Shown one piece after another: positions 27,428 through 36,462 of a stretch of 52,293 bases of DNA. The first letter of the stretch is position 1. Each line of letters opens with the position of its first letter. The stretch is taken from IMG/VR virus record IMGVR_UViG_3300028595_000017, positions 1-52,293 of that record; one strand, 5' to 3'. This DNA comes from a virus. Taxonomy: Duplodnaviria; Caudoviricetes. Below the pieces are notes generated by a model that was not told the DNA's origin, ran no database searches, and saw only the letters and a program-made list of their open reading frames with translations. Made by a program: the position numbers and the translations under genes.

Positions 27428-28324
27428 TTACTCCTTTTTTGTTTTAGGGTTTTCATCTCCTAATAAAATATCCCAATTATTAGGTTCCTTATCTTCATAA
27501 GGTCTATTACCTTTTTTTAATAAAGCTTTAATATCTGGTGGTTCAAACTTTTTTAATAAATCACGCCATTTGCAAGATGACGCTATATCATAATCAATCT
27601 GTCTTATGGGTTGTGTTTGTATTTCTGGCGCTTTTCCTTTAGTAGGCACAAGTCGGAAAATATTGCCGACAGCAGTAGCAACCAATTGTCTATTACTACC
27701 ATAAGAATTAAAAGTTAAACTGCCATCAAGTATGATTTTATTATCATCTTCACGTATCGGCACTCTAACATGGTATAATAAAATTACATCACAAGGTAAC
27801 CCGCATAATGTAGTAATAAAATTATGCTCTTTTTGCATAATAGGTAAATAGTCACCTTTATGCGGAGGGTTGTTAGGTTTACCAACATGCGCGCCTTTTG
27901 ATTTTTGAGATTGTACGTATATGTGTTGACGCATAGCAGCTCTATTCCAAGTTGTCATAGAATCAATAACGCAAGTACCAGCATAATCAAAATATCCAGC
28001 GCGTTTATAATATACAAACTCTTTACCAAAATCGCTATATTGCGTAGGTTTATCTTGATCTTCTTTATCAACATAGATAAATTCAAAAGTACCTGGGTCT
28101 ACAATATTTTTAATCCTATCAACGCCACCTGGATCAAGACAAAAATATAAAACAGGTTTTCTGGCAGTCATCATTAACCATGTTTTACCAATGCCTGATT
28201 CGCCATATATTATCATGTTAGTATTATTTTCAGACACAAATTGACGTTTAGCTAAACGATTTTTTTGTCGTTCTCTTGCTTCCTGCATACGTTTTAAACG
28301 TGTTTGATCATCTATCATAGGCAT
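27428..28324 (-). CDS. Sak4-like AAA_24 ATPase / ssDNA-annealing protein
   Basis: IYGESGIGKT Walker A, CVIDSMT Walker B, ILLYH; lies between an exonuclease and SSB. Confidence 0.8.
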   Translation of the reverse strand: MPMIDDQTRLKRMQEARERQKNRLAKRQFVSENNTNMIIYGESGIGKTWLMMTARKPVLYFCLDPGGVDRIKNIVDPGTFEFIYVDKEDQDKPTQYSDFGKEFVYYKRAGYFDYAGTCVIDSMTTWNRAAMRQHIYVQSQKSKGAHVGKPNNPPHKGDYLPIMQKEHNFITTLCGLPCDVILLYHVRVPIREDDNKIILDGSLTFNSYGSNRQLVATAVGNIFRLVPTKGKAPEIQTQPIRQIDYDIASSCKWRDLLKKFEPPDIKALLKKGNRPYEDKEPNNWDILLGDENPKTKKE

Positions 28325-29457
28325 GCTTTATGTTCTCCTGTTAAAGAATTTACTGTTATATAAGTTGAATCTCCATCTAAACCTTCTCCAGGATTCCAAT
28401 ATTTGCGGTAAAAAAGATCTGGATCTTCGATGTCCATTAAAGAAACTGTATTAGAACGAAAAGCACTACATTCTGATTGTAATGGGCAATTAAAAATTTC
28501 AGGTGCTTGTACGTCTGTTTGTGGCCTGTTAAATTTAACGCAATTTTGAAAGTGCTTTTTCCATATAACATGTTTACCTTCGTGTAAGCGCCACTCTTCC
28601 ATATCAGTGCGAATTTGCTGCATTGTAGTATACATAACACGAGTAAAATCAGTTAAATCATTAGGCAAAAAAGTAACAATATACCTCCTATAGTCAAATT
28701 GATTTCGACCATGAGCAGGGTCTGTTAGCTCTTTCGTATAGTCTATTCGTTTGTTTTTCTTAAAAAATGTAGCGTTAAATTGTATACCATTAAAAGAATA
28801 TTCTGTAGGTAAAATATTATATGCTGCAAAATGATATGCCATAGCTTGCATAGAATGGTGTAAAGAACTTTCCCATCTGAAAGCGCTAGAACCGGTTTTG
28901 TGATCACGAATTATTACAGTATCTGTATTTTTATGTCTTAATAAACTATCAAAAGTAAATACAAATTGATCATCATGAATCGGTACTAATCCACGTAATT
29001 CAATAACTGGAACTTTTTTACCTGTAATTTCATCTTTAATAGATAACAATTCATACTCAGAAGGATCAGCAATGCTATATTCAGCCCAATAAAATTTGAT
29101 AGCTTGCAATGCTCGAAAAATATTTTTAGGATACACTTCTTTGTCATAAATATCTTTCGATGTATATCTCTCTTTTTTTAAAGCATTAAGAAAAGCTTGT
29201 TGAGCTTGTTCTAATGTAATATGTTTAGAATCATCCGAACGAAAATTTTGAGATAATTCAGCAACTTCCATAGCAGCATGCCAAGCTTTACCGAATTTAA
29301 GATGGTGGTTTTCATAAGTTAGACCTAAAACATGCCTTAAATAAAAAAGCATAGGACATGTTATATAATCATTGACTTTACTGTTATCTAGATAAAACCA
29401 AGTTTCTTGAAAATCTATTGGCCAATCTAGATCACGATAGTCTTCTAAAGTTATCAT
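28315..29457 (-). CDS. PD-(D/E)XK exonuclease (Cas4/RecB-like, possible Fe-S)
   Basis: N-terminal CP, FGKAWH, D..IIRDHKT, Q...Y, three C-terminal Cys. Confidence 0.8.
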   Translation of the reverse strand: MITLEDYRDLDWPIDFQETWFYLDNSKVNDYITCPMLFYLRHVLGLTYENHHLKFGKAWHAAMEVAELSQNFRSDDSKHITLEQAQQAFLNALKKERYTSKDIYDKEVYPKNIFRALQAIKFYWAEYSIADPSEYELLSIKDEITGKKVPVIELRGLVPIHDDQFVFTFDSLLRHKNTDTVIIRDHKTGSSAFRWESSLHHSMQAMAYHFAAYNILPTEYSFNGIQFNATFFKKNKRIDYTKELTDPAHGRNQFDYRRYIVTFLPNDLTDFTRVMYTTMQQIRTDMEEWRLHEGKHVIWKKHFQNCVKFNRPQTDVQAPEIFNCPLQSECSAFRSNTVSLMDIEDPDLFYRKYWNPGEGLDGDSTYITVNSLTGEHKACL

Positions 29458-29537
29458 AACAGCCTCCTGTTATCGTAATTTTTCTTTAGTTTGTTGATTT
29501 AATTCCTTAATGACAATAAATTGATCTTTGTTAAATT

Positions 29538-30182
29538 TTATGCCTGCATCTTCCTGCGAATTAAATATGTTGAAGGAATTAGAATATTTCGATCCATCGC
29601 TTCCACAATATCTTTCAGCGCTAATACATCACCGTAAGCCTTATGAGCATCCGGAAAACCTTTATTCATCAAATAACGATAAGCTTCTGTTTGTTTTGGC
29701 CACTTATAACCGCTATACTTTTTTTTCTTATTTAAGTGAGGCATTTTCATAATATCTGTCAAAATTAACATTGGATCAAATACAGGTTTGTTTAACAATA
29801 AAGCTTGTAAAGCATTAAACATCTTTACTTCTGTTGCTTTATCGAATAAAAAAGGTAAATCAAATTTTTTGTTATAGATTACCAATACATCAGAACGTTC
29901 AATAGCAATTAAAAATCGCTCAAAATGCGCTCTATCCATTTCTATGTCATTTGGCAAGTCCTCAACACTGATTCTATGCACTCTTTCTGCACCCGCGCTG
30001 ATCGAACGTTGAAGATGCGAATAATTATGGCTTTCAAAATCAGTGAAAGCCCTTTGAGGTTTAAATAACCCCCAAGCATGCTGAACAATAAATTGTTTTA
30101 GTGTCTTTCTATTATCGCGTTGGCGAAAATTAGATGTTTCTGTATCTGTTACTAAATAATTAGTAATGTTTGTTGTCGGCAT
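29538..30182 (-). CDS. DEDDh 3'-5' exonuclease (DnaQ-like)
   Basis: DTETS, YNKKFD and AHKAYGD motifs. Confidence 0.85.
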   Translation of the reverse strand: MPTTNITNYLVTDTETSNFRQRDNRKTLKQFIVQHAWGLFKPQRAFTDFESHNYSHLQRSISAGAERVHRISVEDLPNDIEMDRAHFERFLIAIERSDVLVIYNKKFDLPFLFDKATEVKMFNALQALLLNKPVFDPMLILTDIMKMPHLNKKKKYSGYKWPKQTEAYRYLMNKGFPDAHKAYGDVLALKDIVEAMDRNILIPSTYLIRRKMQA

Positions 30183-30202
30183 AAATTCTCCTTTTTTAAA
30201 TG

Positions 30203-30223
30203 TTACGTTATTTTTTAACGTTA
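30203..30223. promoter_or_regulatory. Genome-wide 21-bp double-palindrome site
   Basis: TTACGTTA-TTTTT-TAACGTTA spanning the ligase stop codon. Confidence 0.72.
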
Positions 30224-31140
30224 GTTGTAAAAAGTTCTAAAGCAGGAATTTCGACAGCAACAGATTCCATTGGTGCATGCCTTTTTGTTAATCGTTGATA
30301 TCGAATACCTAATTCAAAACCCACTAAAGTTTTATGCTTTTTCCAAATATATTCTAATTGTGCATGTGTAAATTGCGATGATCCAACTGTAAAAAATACA
30401 TCTTCATCTGTCTTGCAATAGAAAGACCCAGCTCTATTCAAAGCGACACCATTTTTATCTATAGCTTGATTTATTTTTACAATTAGACATTTCATAGTTT
30501 GGTGTGGTTTAAATTTTAAAGCAGTTGAAACACGTTTACCTCTTGTATAAATATTTGTGTGAGATCGAATGATTGAACCTTCATAACCTTCATCTAAAGC
30601 ATTCTTAGTAAAATCTAACACATCTTGATAGCTATGTATAAAAAAATCTTTTAAAATAAATATATTAGACGCTACTTGTCGAAAATAAGTATGGATAGCT
30701 ATATCTTCAACTATAGTATCCCTATATAAACGGCGCATACAATATTTATCTTTTTCAACAATATCTAAATCATCCTTTTTATAAAAGAAACAATCAAAAA
30801 TATAATAATTTAAATCTGATTCTTGCGGATGATAATTATTAACACGATTTAATGCACCATGAATATCTTGTAATTTCCAATTGTGGTTATAAATTTCACC
30901 GTCTAAACAAAAATTGTTTTTTAGTTGTTCTTTATATAATGAAAATATACCATCTAATTGTTTTAAAATTGTTGGCACACTATTGATAATATTATCTTGT
31001 GGAGAGAATAACATAGAACAGTCATTAGTAAAATAAGCTAAAGCTCTGCATCCATCTAATTTTATTTGAGCTGTTGGATGCACTAATTTTTGAAAAGCTT
31101 TTAAATTGAGATAATTAAATTTCATTGTACTAAATTTCAT
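30208..31140 (-). CDS. ATP-dependent DNA ligase
   Basis: KLDGCR (motif I), LDGEIY, YIFD, GYEGSIIR, LKFK; C-terminal OB fold. Confidence 0.9.
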   Translation of the reverse strand: MKFSTMKFNYLNLKAFQKLVHPTAQIKLDGCRALAYFTNDCSMLFSPQDNIINSVPTILKQLDGIFSLYKEQLKNNFCLDGEIYNHNWKLQDIHGALNRVNNYHPQESDLNYYIFDCFFYKKDDLDIVEKDKYCMRRLYRDTIVEDIAIHTYFRQVASNIFILKDFFIHSYQDVLDFTKNALDEGYEGSIIRSHTNIYTRGKRVSTALKFKPHQTMKCLIVKINQAIDKNGVALNRAGSFYCKTDEDVFFTVGSSQFTHAQLEYIWKKHKTLVGFELGIRYQRLTKRHAPMESVAVEIPALELFTTNVKK

Positions 31141-31154
31141 TATAACTCCAAAAT

Positions 31155-31194
31155 AAAAAAACCGGCATATAACTTTAAATCACATACCGGTTTT
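31155..31194 (-). terminator. Intrinsic terminator
   Basis: Minus strand AAAACCGGTATGTGA...TTATATGCCGG followed by T7. Confidence 0.7.
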
Positions 31195-31215
31195 AATCTA
31201 TAAATTAAATGACGT

Positions 31216-31659
31216 TTAGGCGCTGGTTACCTGTAAATTGTGCTTAGCCAGCAAGGCATTCAATGCATCCAAATCACCGGTAGCCAGATTTGCAAAACCT
31301 TTTTCTATCGAGGCTTTAGAGCCAATATTAAGACCTGGACGATAATCATCCAAAGCCGCAAGTTGCACAAGACCAGCTTGACCTTTTTCTAAACCTTTTC
31401 GAGCCATATTCTGAACGCTGACGGTTACTGCTCGTTTCAAAAGGGCTTTTGTTTCAGCTTCACCAAATTTAGCTACAAAATCGGCCACTGTTGGTTGCAT
31501 ATCTACATAATGTCGGCAACTTGTAGCATTTTCAGGCGATCCTGTAACAATTGTTATTGGATCAGCCCAATCAGGATTGAATGTTTGATCATAGACACCA
31601 GTCGTGCCTTCTTTAGGGTACTGAAGTTTTTTGTCTTCTGTTGACATGTTCTCGGACAT
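31216..31659 (-). CDS. Hypothetical protein, probably abundant
   Basis: AAGGAGA SD, flanked by upstream promoters and a downstream terminator. Confidence 0.7.
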   Translation of the reverse strand: MSENMSTEDKKLQYPKEGTTGVYDQTFNPDWADPITIVTGSPENATSCRHYVDMQPTVADFVAKFGEAETKALLKRAVTVSVQNMARKGLEKGQAGLVQLAALDDYRPGLNIGSKASIEKGFANLATGDLDALNALLAKHNLQVTSA

Positions 31660-31681
31660 AGTAAAAAATCTCCTTTTAAAT

Positions 31682-32020
31682 TTATTCGCCTGCTAAAGGC
31701 GGTTTATTTTTAAGAACTAAACTTCCAATGTTTAGTTCAGCTAAATCTTCTTGTAAAGCAGTTTGAGTTTCTACCTTTGCAATTTTTTTAAGTTTAGGTA
31801 ACTTAAATCGCATTTTATTTGTTAAAAAAGATGTTGCTTCTTGTTCATCAGTAATAACAGCTTCTGGATCGAGATCCTTAATTGATTCAACCAACATTTG
31901 AATTGCAAGTCTTGCTGCATGCGCTGTTGTAGAAGGATAAATTTGGTTACGAATTAGATAATTTATAACAGTAGCAATATCAGCGTACTTGCAACTCAAA
32001 GTTGTTATTCGGTTGGTCAT
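31682..32020 (-). CDS. Hypothetical protein, possible DNA-binding
   Basis: GAGGGAG SD; first gene after tandem sigma70-like promoters. Confidence 0.65.
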   Translation of the reverse strand: MTNRITTLSCKYADIATVINYLIRNQIYPSTTAHAARLAIQMLVESIKDLDPEAVITDEQEATSFLTNKMRFKLPKLKKIAKVETQTALQEDLAELNIGSLVLKNKPPLAGE

Positions 32021-32103
32021 AATTCTTTCTCTCCCTCTTAGAAATTCATAAAATCTGGCCTCTCTGGGTTATTCAGATTTTATAAGAAAAAATATCATAT
32101 CTT

Positions 32104-32131
32104 ATAATAAGGATAATAATATTTTTGTCAA
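32104..32131 (-). promoter_or_regulatory. Sigma70-like promoter
   Basis: TTGACA-16 nt-TATTAT. Confidence 0.55.
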
Positions 32132-32205
32132 TTATTTAATCGGTTTTTTTTACATTTTATTAAGCTTTAAAATTCGTTTTAATTTATTTTTCATTTTGTA
32201 TATTC

Positions 32206-32234
32206 CTTATATATGAAAAATATTTATTTGTCAA
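32206..32234 (-). promoter_or_regulatory. Sigma70-like promoter
   Basis: TTGACA-17 nt-TATAAG. Confidence 0.65.
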
Positions 32235-32319
32235 TATTTAAATGTATTTAAGGCATTTTTCTTAATGATTTCAAGCATTTAAGCGGACATCTAGAAAAAA
32301 AGAGTGCCCGCTCATAAGA

Positions 32320-32538
32320 TTAAAATGGTGAGTTAGTCGGTGATACTATAGGTTTATCAGAAATTTTATCAATACAAATAGCTAATGTTTGTGATAAACA
32401 ATCAACAAATATCTCTTGCACTTGGTTTCTTCCCCAACTCGTTTTTTTATCTAAAGCTCGTGAAAAACGTAATTGAAGATCTGTTATGATCTTGTTAATC
32501 ATAATTTTTTTATCCACAATTATTCTCTTTTGTTTCAT
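32320..32538 (-). CDS. Hypothetical phage protein (KTSWGRN motif)
   Basis: 72-aa ORF overlapping its upstream neighbour. Confidence 0.6.
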   Translation of the reverse strand: MKQKRIIVDKKIMINKIITDLQLRFSRALDKKTSWGRNQVQEIFVDCLSQTLAICIDKISDKPIVSPTNSPF

Positions 32539-32827
32539 GTATTCTTGGAAAAACTTTATTTAAATCACAACCAGGCAGTATATCCAAAACAGTAAAAATG
32601 ATGGATGCGCACTGAATCAATTTATCAATAAATACATCAACATCTGCTGATAATAATGCGTTATTCACAGTTCCAAACTCAGCATTAAAAATAACCATCC
32701 AACCAGACATTGGCATTAAAGTAAAATCAGTATCGTTGAGAGTACTATTTTTAACAAGCTCAAAAATAGTTTGAAGCCTGTCATCTCTGTCTACAGAAAT
32801 TGATAAAGTTTCAAGTAATGTGTTCAT
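32510..32827 (-). CDS. Hypothetical protein
   Basis: GGAGG SD, coupled to 32828..33238. Confidence 0.6.
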   Translation of the reverse strand: MNTLLETLSISVDRDDRLQTIFELVKNSTLNDTDFTLMPMSGWMVIFNAEFGTVNNALLSADVDVFIDKLIQCASIIFTVLDILPGCDLNKVFPRIHETKENNCG

Positions 32828-33238
32828 TTAAACCTCCATTAAATCCTTTAATTGATTTATTAATTTATCCGGTAATTTATTGCACTTAGCAATAAAATCT
32901 CTCAAATCAAAATTTTTTTTATTTGTTGTTTTGTTGATAGAAGAAAAACCATTTATAGTGTATAAACCACTTTCGCTAAGATAATAATCAACACCATCAA
33001 AAGTAATAGAAAAACCAAAAGATAGATATTTTAATACTATCAAAGGTTTTTTTATCCATGTAGGCATATATATTTCTAATAATTCTGCTGTTACATTATT
33101 TATAGTAACGACAGAATTAAACATCTTAGCATTAATATATGCTTCAAAATCGTTTAGATTTTTACATTGATTTTCATGTGATACACCATAACTAGAACCA
33201 GTTTTTCGATTTGTTATTTTAGTGAGTATATGTTTCAT
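32828..33238 (-). CDS. Hypothetical protein, early paralog family A
   Basis: PTWIKKPLIVLKYLSFGFSITFDGVDYY aligns with 34902..35204. Confidence 0.7.
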   Translation of the reverse strand: MKHILTKITNRKTGSSYGVSHENQCKNLNDFEAYINAKMFNSVVTINNVTAELLEIYMPTWIKKPLIVLKYLSFGFSITFDGVDYYLSESGLYTINGFSSINKTTNKKNFDLRDFIAKCNKLPDKLINQLKDLMEV

Positions 33239-33278
33239 TTATTATTTTTCCTTTAATCTTTTGTTGTATATTATATCC

Positions 33279-33626
33279 TTATACACCATGCCAATCAATA
33301 TTGATATGTTCTTGTTTAAGATCATCCTCCTCAGACCAATCATCAGGTAAGTCACCGAGTGTTGTATCATCCTCGATGCTCTTACCTGATGGATCTTCTG
33401 AAGTCCTATAGATGGAGCAAGGATCTTCGAGTACTTCAAATAAATGCTCTTCAGGTAGAAGATAACCTTCTGACTTCAACTCCATCTGAATAATGTCCCA
33501 GGGTAAACCACGCCTAGCAAAAAGCGTCTGAACTGAAACACAATATCTTTCGTGTTGTAGTTTAAAATGCTTCCATTTGCTAGGCGGTTTGATAAGACAC
33601 TTACGTAGCCGAGTTCTCAAGTTCAT
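33279..33626 (-). CDS. Hypothetical protein with acidic tail
   Basis: 115-aa ORF in the early operon. Confidence 0.6.
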   Translation of the reverse strand: MNLRTRLRKCLIKPPSKWKHFKLQHERYCVSVQTLFARRGLPWDIIQMELKSEGYLLPEEHLFEVLEDPCSIYRTSEDPSGKSIEDDTTLGDLPDDWSEEDDLKQEHINIDWHGV

Positions 33627-33627
33627 T

Positions 33628-33855
33628 TTAGCTCAACGTTGCGATAATTTGGTGACTTTTCGCAATCTTCTCAGCAATTTTTGTTTTTAGATGGCTGTGT
33701 TTACATATGTAATCGAGTGTACCTGTCACACGAACAGCACTAATGCCACCATTTATTGTTGGTGGCATTATCTTACCGTCAAGACAGCGTCTCAATTGAT
33801 ATGAATAACGATCACACTTTGTGCATGTTATTTTCTTTGGTTTATTTGCTGACAT
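33628..33855 (-). CDS. Small Cys-rich protein (putative Zn-binding)
   Basis: AAGGAG SD; CTKC..C..C. Confidence 0.6.
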   Translation of the reverse strand: MSANKPKKITCTKCDRYSYQLRRCLDGKIMPPTINGGISAVRVTGTLDYICKHSHLKTKIAEKIAKSHQIIATLS

Positions 33856-33870
33856 CTTTTACTCCTTCTA

Positions 33871-34068
33871 TCATCTCATCAAATTTCTTTGATAGCGCAC
33901 GTCCAACAGATGTGCACATTCATTTTCAAGATACGTATCGGTTAGAAATGACACTATCATTGGTGCGAAGCTTTCACTTGGTAACTCAACACCAATACTA
34001 TCGTCACCTTTGCCAATAGAAGCACAAACAGATACACGTTGTTTATCCTCTGAGATGTAGATTTGCAC
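33871..34068 (-). CDS. Hypothetical protein, 5' end uncertain (possible frameshift from ATG 34136)
   Basis: Frame is open upstream of GTG 34068, but the SD-associated ATG at 34136 is in another frame. Confidence 0.45.
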   Translation of the reverse strand: MQIYISEDKQRVSVCASIGKGDDSIGVELPSESFAPMIVSFLTDTYLENECAHLLDVRYQRNLMR

Positions 34069-34144
34069 ACCTTCAAAAGTAAATGCTGGCTTACTTTCTG
34101 GTGTGGCTTTTCTTTCTTGTTTTTCTTGTCTTTCATACAGCCTC

Positions 34145-34345
34145 CTAATACTGTGACGAATATACTACTAGTATATCTGTGTTACATCTTGGGCAAGATA
34201 TCATAATTGGTGTTGCCCAAGACATTTTATTTTCGTAATCATATATGAATGGCACTTTTACCTTGATAGTGAACTGACATTCACATGTTTCTTGTTTCGT
34301 ATACCATTTTTCAGGTAATATTTTTGTTTTAGCCATTATACACAT
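34145..34345 (-). CDS. Small zinc-ribbon protein
   Basis: CEC...CPRC. Confidence 0.6.
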   Translation of the reverse strand: MCIMAKTKILPEKWYTKQETCECQFTIKVKVPFIYDYENKMSWATPIMISCPRCNTDILVVYSSQY

Positions 34346-34572
34346 ATCGCATTTGAATTAACAATTCCTTTTGGAAAGTAACCTATGTTTTCCAAGGCAT
34401 CCAGAATTGTTAACACTTCATAATATTGATTGTTTAACTCTTCTCGTGCCCATTTTCGGACACTAGCCTTATCATTTCCTTGCACAAGCATAAGTGTGTC
34501 ACAATCAAATGTGCGCCCACCTATACGATGTGTGTGTTTTTGTCCTAATGTAATACAAAAATATTTATCCAT
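34336..34572 (-). CDS. Hypothetical protein
   Basis: ATG 34572 with GGAGG SD. Confidence 0.6.
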   Translation of the reverse strand: MDKYFCITLGQKHTHRIGGRTFDCDTLMLVQGNDKASVRKWAREELNNQYYEVLTILDALENIGYFPKGIVNSNAICV

Positions 34573-34573
34573 C

Positions 34574-34897
34574 TTAACCCTCCAAATTTTTATGTAGTGT
34601 TTTAAAAAGGTTATGCAGGTCTTTTGGAACGTCACTTAAATCAAAATCTGACATTGGATCGTTCAATATAGTATCAACAAACATAGCTATTATTTTCTTA
34701 GTCTGCATCTCATCGATATACTTCATGAAAGCGTGTATTAAATCTTTGAAACGGTCTTTTTCTATACGCATACCTTGTTTGCAGTACGGTAATTCGATTT
34801 CAACTTTGTCAATTGTTTCACGAATCATTACGTCACCAATTATTATTTCTCTATTCATAGAACCTCCTTCAACCGTTACTGTTGGAATTTTATCCAT
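34574..34897 (-). CDS. Hypothetical protein
   Basis: AAGGAG SD. Confidence 0.6.
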   Translation of the reverse strand: MDKIPTVTVEGGSMNREIIIGDVMIRETIDKVEIELPYCKQGMRIEKDRFKDLIHAFMKYIDEMQTKKIIAMFVDTILNDPMSDFDLSDVPKDLHNLFKTLHKNLEG

Positions 34898-34901
34898 TTT
34901 A

Positions 34902-35204
34902 TTACTCCTTTCTCTTAATGCAACATAAACTAGCAGTTATAGTCGCGTTCATTTGGTTAATTAAATCATCAGATATTAAGTTACACATATCGATAAATTC
35001 AGCTAAACTTACATCATCATAGATTTTAACTTCACTTGTGTCACCTTGTTTAGTTTCGTATGTACTTAAACAATAGAAACCTTTTTTGTCGATATAGTAA
35101 TTTGTATCTTCGTATGGAAATGAAAAACCAAGTGATGTATATTTTAATACTGTCACTGTTTTTTCTAACCATTTAGGGATTGTAAAAGTTAAGTTAACTT
35201 CCAT
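34902..35204 (-). CDS. Hypothetical protein, early paralog family A
   Basis: GGAG SD; PKWLEKTVTVLKYTSLGFSF. Confidence 0.7.
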   Translation of the reverse strand: MEVNLTFTIPKWLEKTVTVLKYTSLGFSFPYEDTNYYIDKKGFYCLSTYETKQGDTSEVKIYDDVSLAEFIDMCNLISDDLINQMNATITASLCCIKRKE

Positions 35205-35287
35205 TAGTTTTCTCCCTCCTGTTTTGGCTCTATCACTACGTTACCATCTTTACGTGTGAATATTTGTGCCCATTTGCTATCACCCAT
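35204..35287 (-). CDS. 27-aa micro-ORF (not in ORF track)
   Basis: AGGAGG SD; MGDSKWAQIFTRKDGNVVIEPKQEGEN; TAATG overlap with the next gene. Confidence 0.45.
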   Translation of the reverse strand: MGDSKWAQIFTRKDGNVVIEPKQEGEN

Positions 35288-35446
35288 GTTAACCTCCTAG
35301 TACAACATGGATATAATCACCTGGTAAACTCTTTCTACTAAACTCATACCATACCTCCATTTCTTATAAGCGCAATCATATCGCTAATGAATGCGGTTTT
35401 AAGCGCAGTTTTTTCTGTTTCTGTTATATATAAACGATGAACACCT

Positions 35447-35908
35447 TCACCAATATAGCTTAACAGAGGAATTCATTATTTTACAGACATCAAGTGCTAA
35501 CTTAGTATACATATCCTTATACACTGGTGCTGAGTTAACAGAGAATGTCCAAAGCTTTACGATGTTTGGGTCACCTTCATGCAGACCTTGATTAATTTGT
35601 GGCTTTGTTTCATCAATGACCGCAACACACCCTTCTGCTACACGTACAGTATAGCGTAAATTATCTTGCTTAACTTTATTACGTAATACTTTTACTTCAA
35701 GATATGACTTTTCAACAATAGAGGCACAAACAGCGCACGGCAAATTATCACACCGACTTAGATGACAAGCAAAATTGTATTTAATATGAGCGTCATCTAT
35801 AGATTTTACTAATACGTGATTTTCCCATTCATCAAAATAAACAACACCTGTCTTCCAAGTATCGTCGTTAATTTGGACTTTTATACCATTTAAAGTTATA
35901 GTTTTCAT
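35447..35908 (-). CDS. Hypothetical protein
   Basis: AGGAG SD, ATGA overlap. Confidence 0.6.
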   Translation of the reverse strand: MKTITLNGIKVQINDDTWKTGVVYFDEWENHVLVKSIDDAHIKYNFACHLSRCDNLPCAVCASIVEKSYLEVKVLRNKVKQDNLRYTVRVAEGCVAVIDETKPQINQGLHEGDPNIVKLWTFSVNSAPVYKDMYTKLALDVCKIMNSSVKLYW

Positions 35909-36408
35909 TGAATACTCCTAGCTATTGTTACATTTAAAATTGTAACAGTCTTAGCGAATTCATAAAGTACAGCCATGTTATAGTTAACATTATCGTATAA
36001 TATGGTTCCATCATTCATTATGAAATGAAAACCACGGCTATCCATGAAAATATCTTTACCATGAATTTTAATACTTTGACCGCTTTGCAATATTTCAATT
36101 AGCATTTTAAATCTACTCATTACATCTGCACTATAATCTTGATAACAAATAGAAGTTTTTGCTGCGATATTTTTTAAATGAGCTTTAAATTTCTTAATTG
36201 TTTTTTTACCAAACTGGTCACAAAAGAATTTTAATTCATTTAAAGATACATAGGATTTAACAAAATTACCATAATTATCTTTTTCATACAAACCATTTAT
36301 ATAAACAAAAAATCGTCCGCCTAATGAAACAGATCGACCTGTATCCATATAATGTAATACAGTTAACATATTATCCATATTATCTATATACTCGTTATTC
36401 ATAAGCAT
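35905..36408 (-). CDS. Hypothetical protein with two tandem family-A domains
   Basis: VLHYMDTGRSVSLGG and LIEILQSGQSIKIHG repeats. Confidence 0.65.
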   Translation of the reverse strand: MLMNNEYIDNMDNMLTVLHYMDTGRSVSLGGRFFVYINGLYEKDNYGNFVKSYVSLNELKFFCDQFGKKTIKKFKAHLKNIAAKTSICYQDYSADVMSRFKMLIEILQSGQSIKIHGKDIFMDSRGFHFIMNDGTILYDNVNYNMAVLYEFAKTVTILNVTIARSIQ

Positions 36409-36423
36409 CCTTATAGTATTGTT

Positions 36424-36456
36424 AAGGCGTAAGTATTAAAATATACATTACGCCTT
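36424..36456. terminator. Intergenic hairpin (terminator or processing site)
   Basis: AAGGCGTAA ... TTACGCCTT. Confidence 0.45.
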
Positions 36457-36462
36457 TAATTA

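Noticed and set aside
28315-29457. Cas4-like nuclease suggesting a CRISPR locus
   Set aside because: No repeat-spacer array or other cas genes; its context (Sak4, SSB) is a recombination module.
29463-29600. Open -1 frame past the DEDDh exonuclease end (possible frameshift extension)
   Set aside because: The catalytic domain is complete before it and no slippery heptamer is evident; cannot be supported without reads or homologs.
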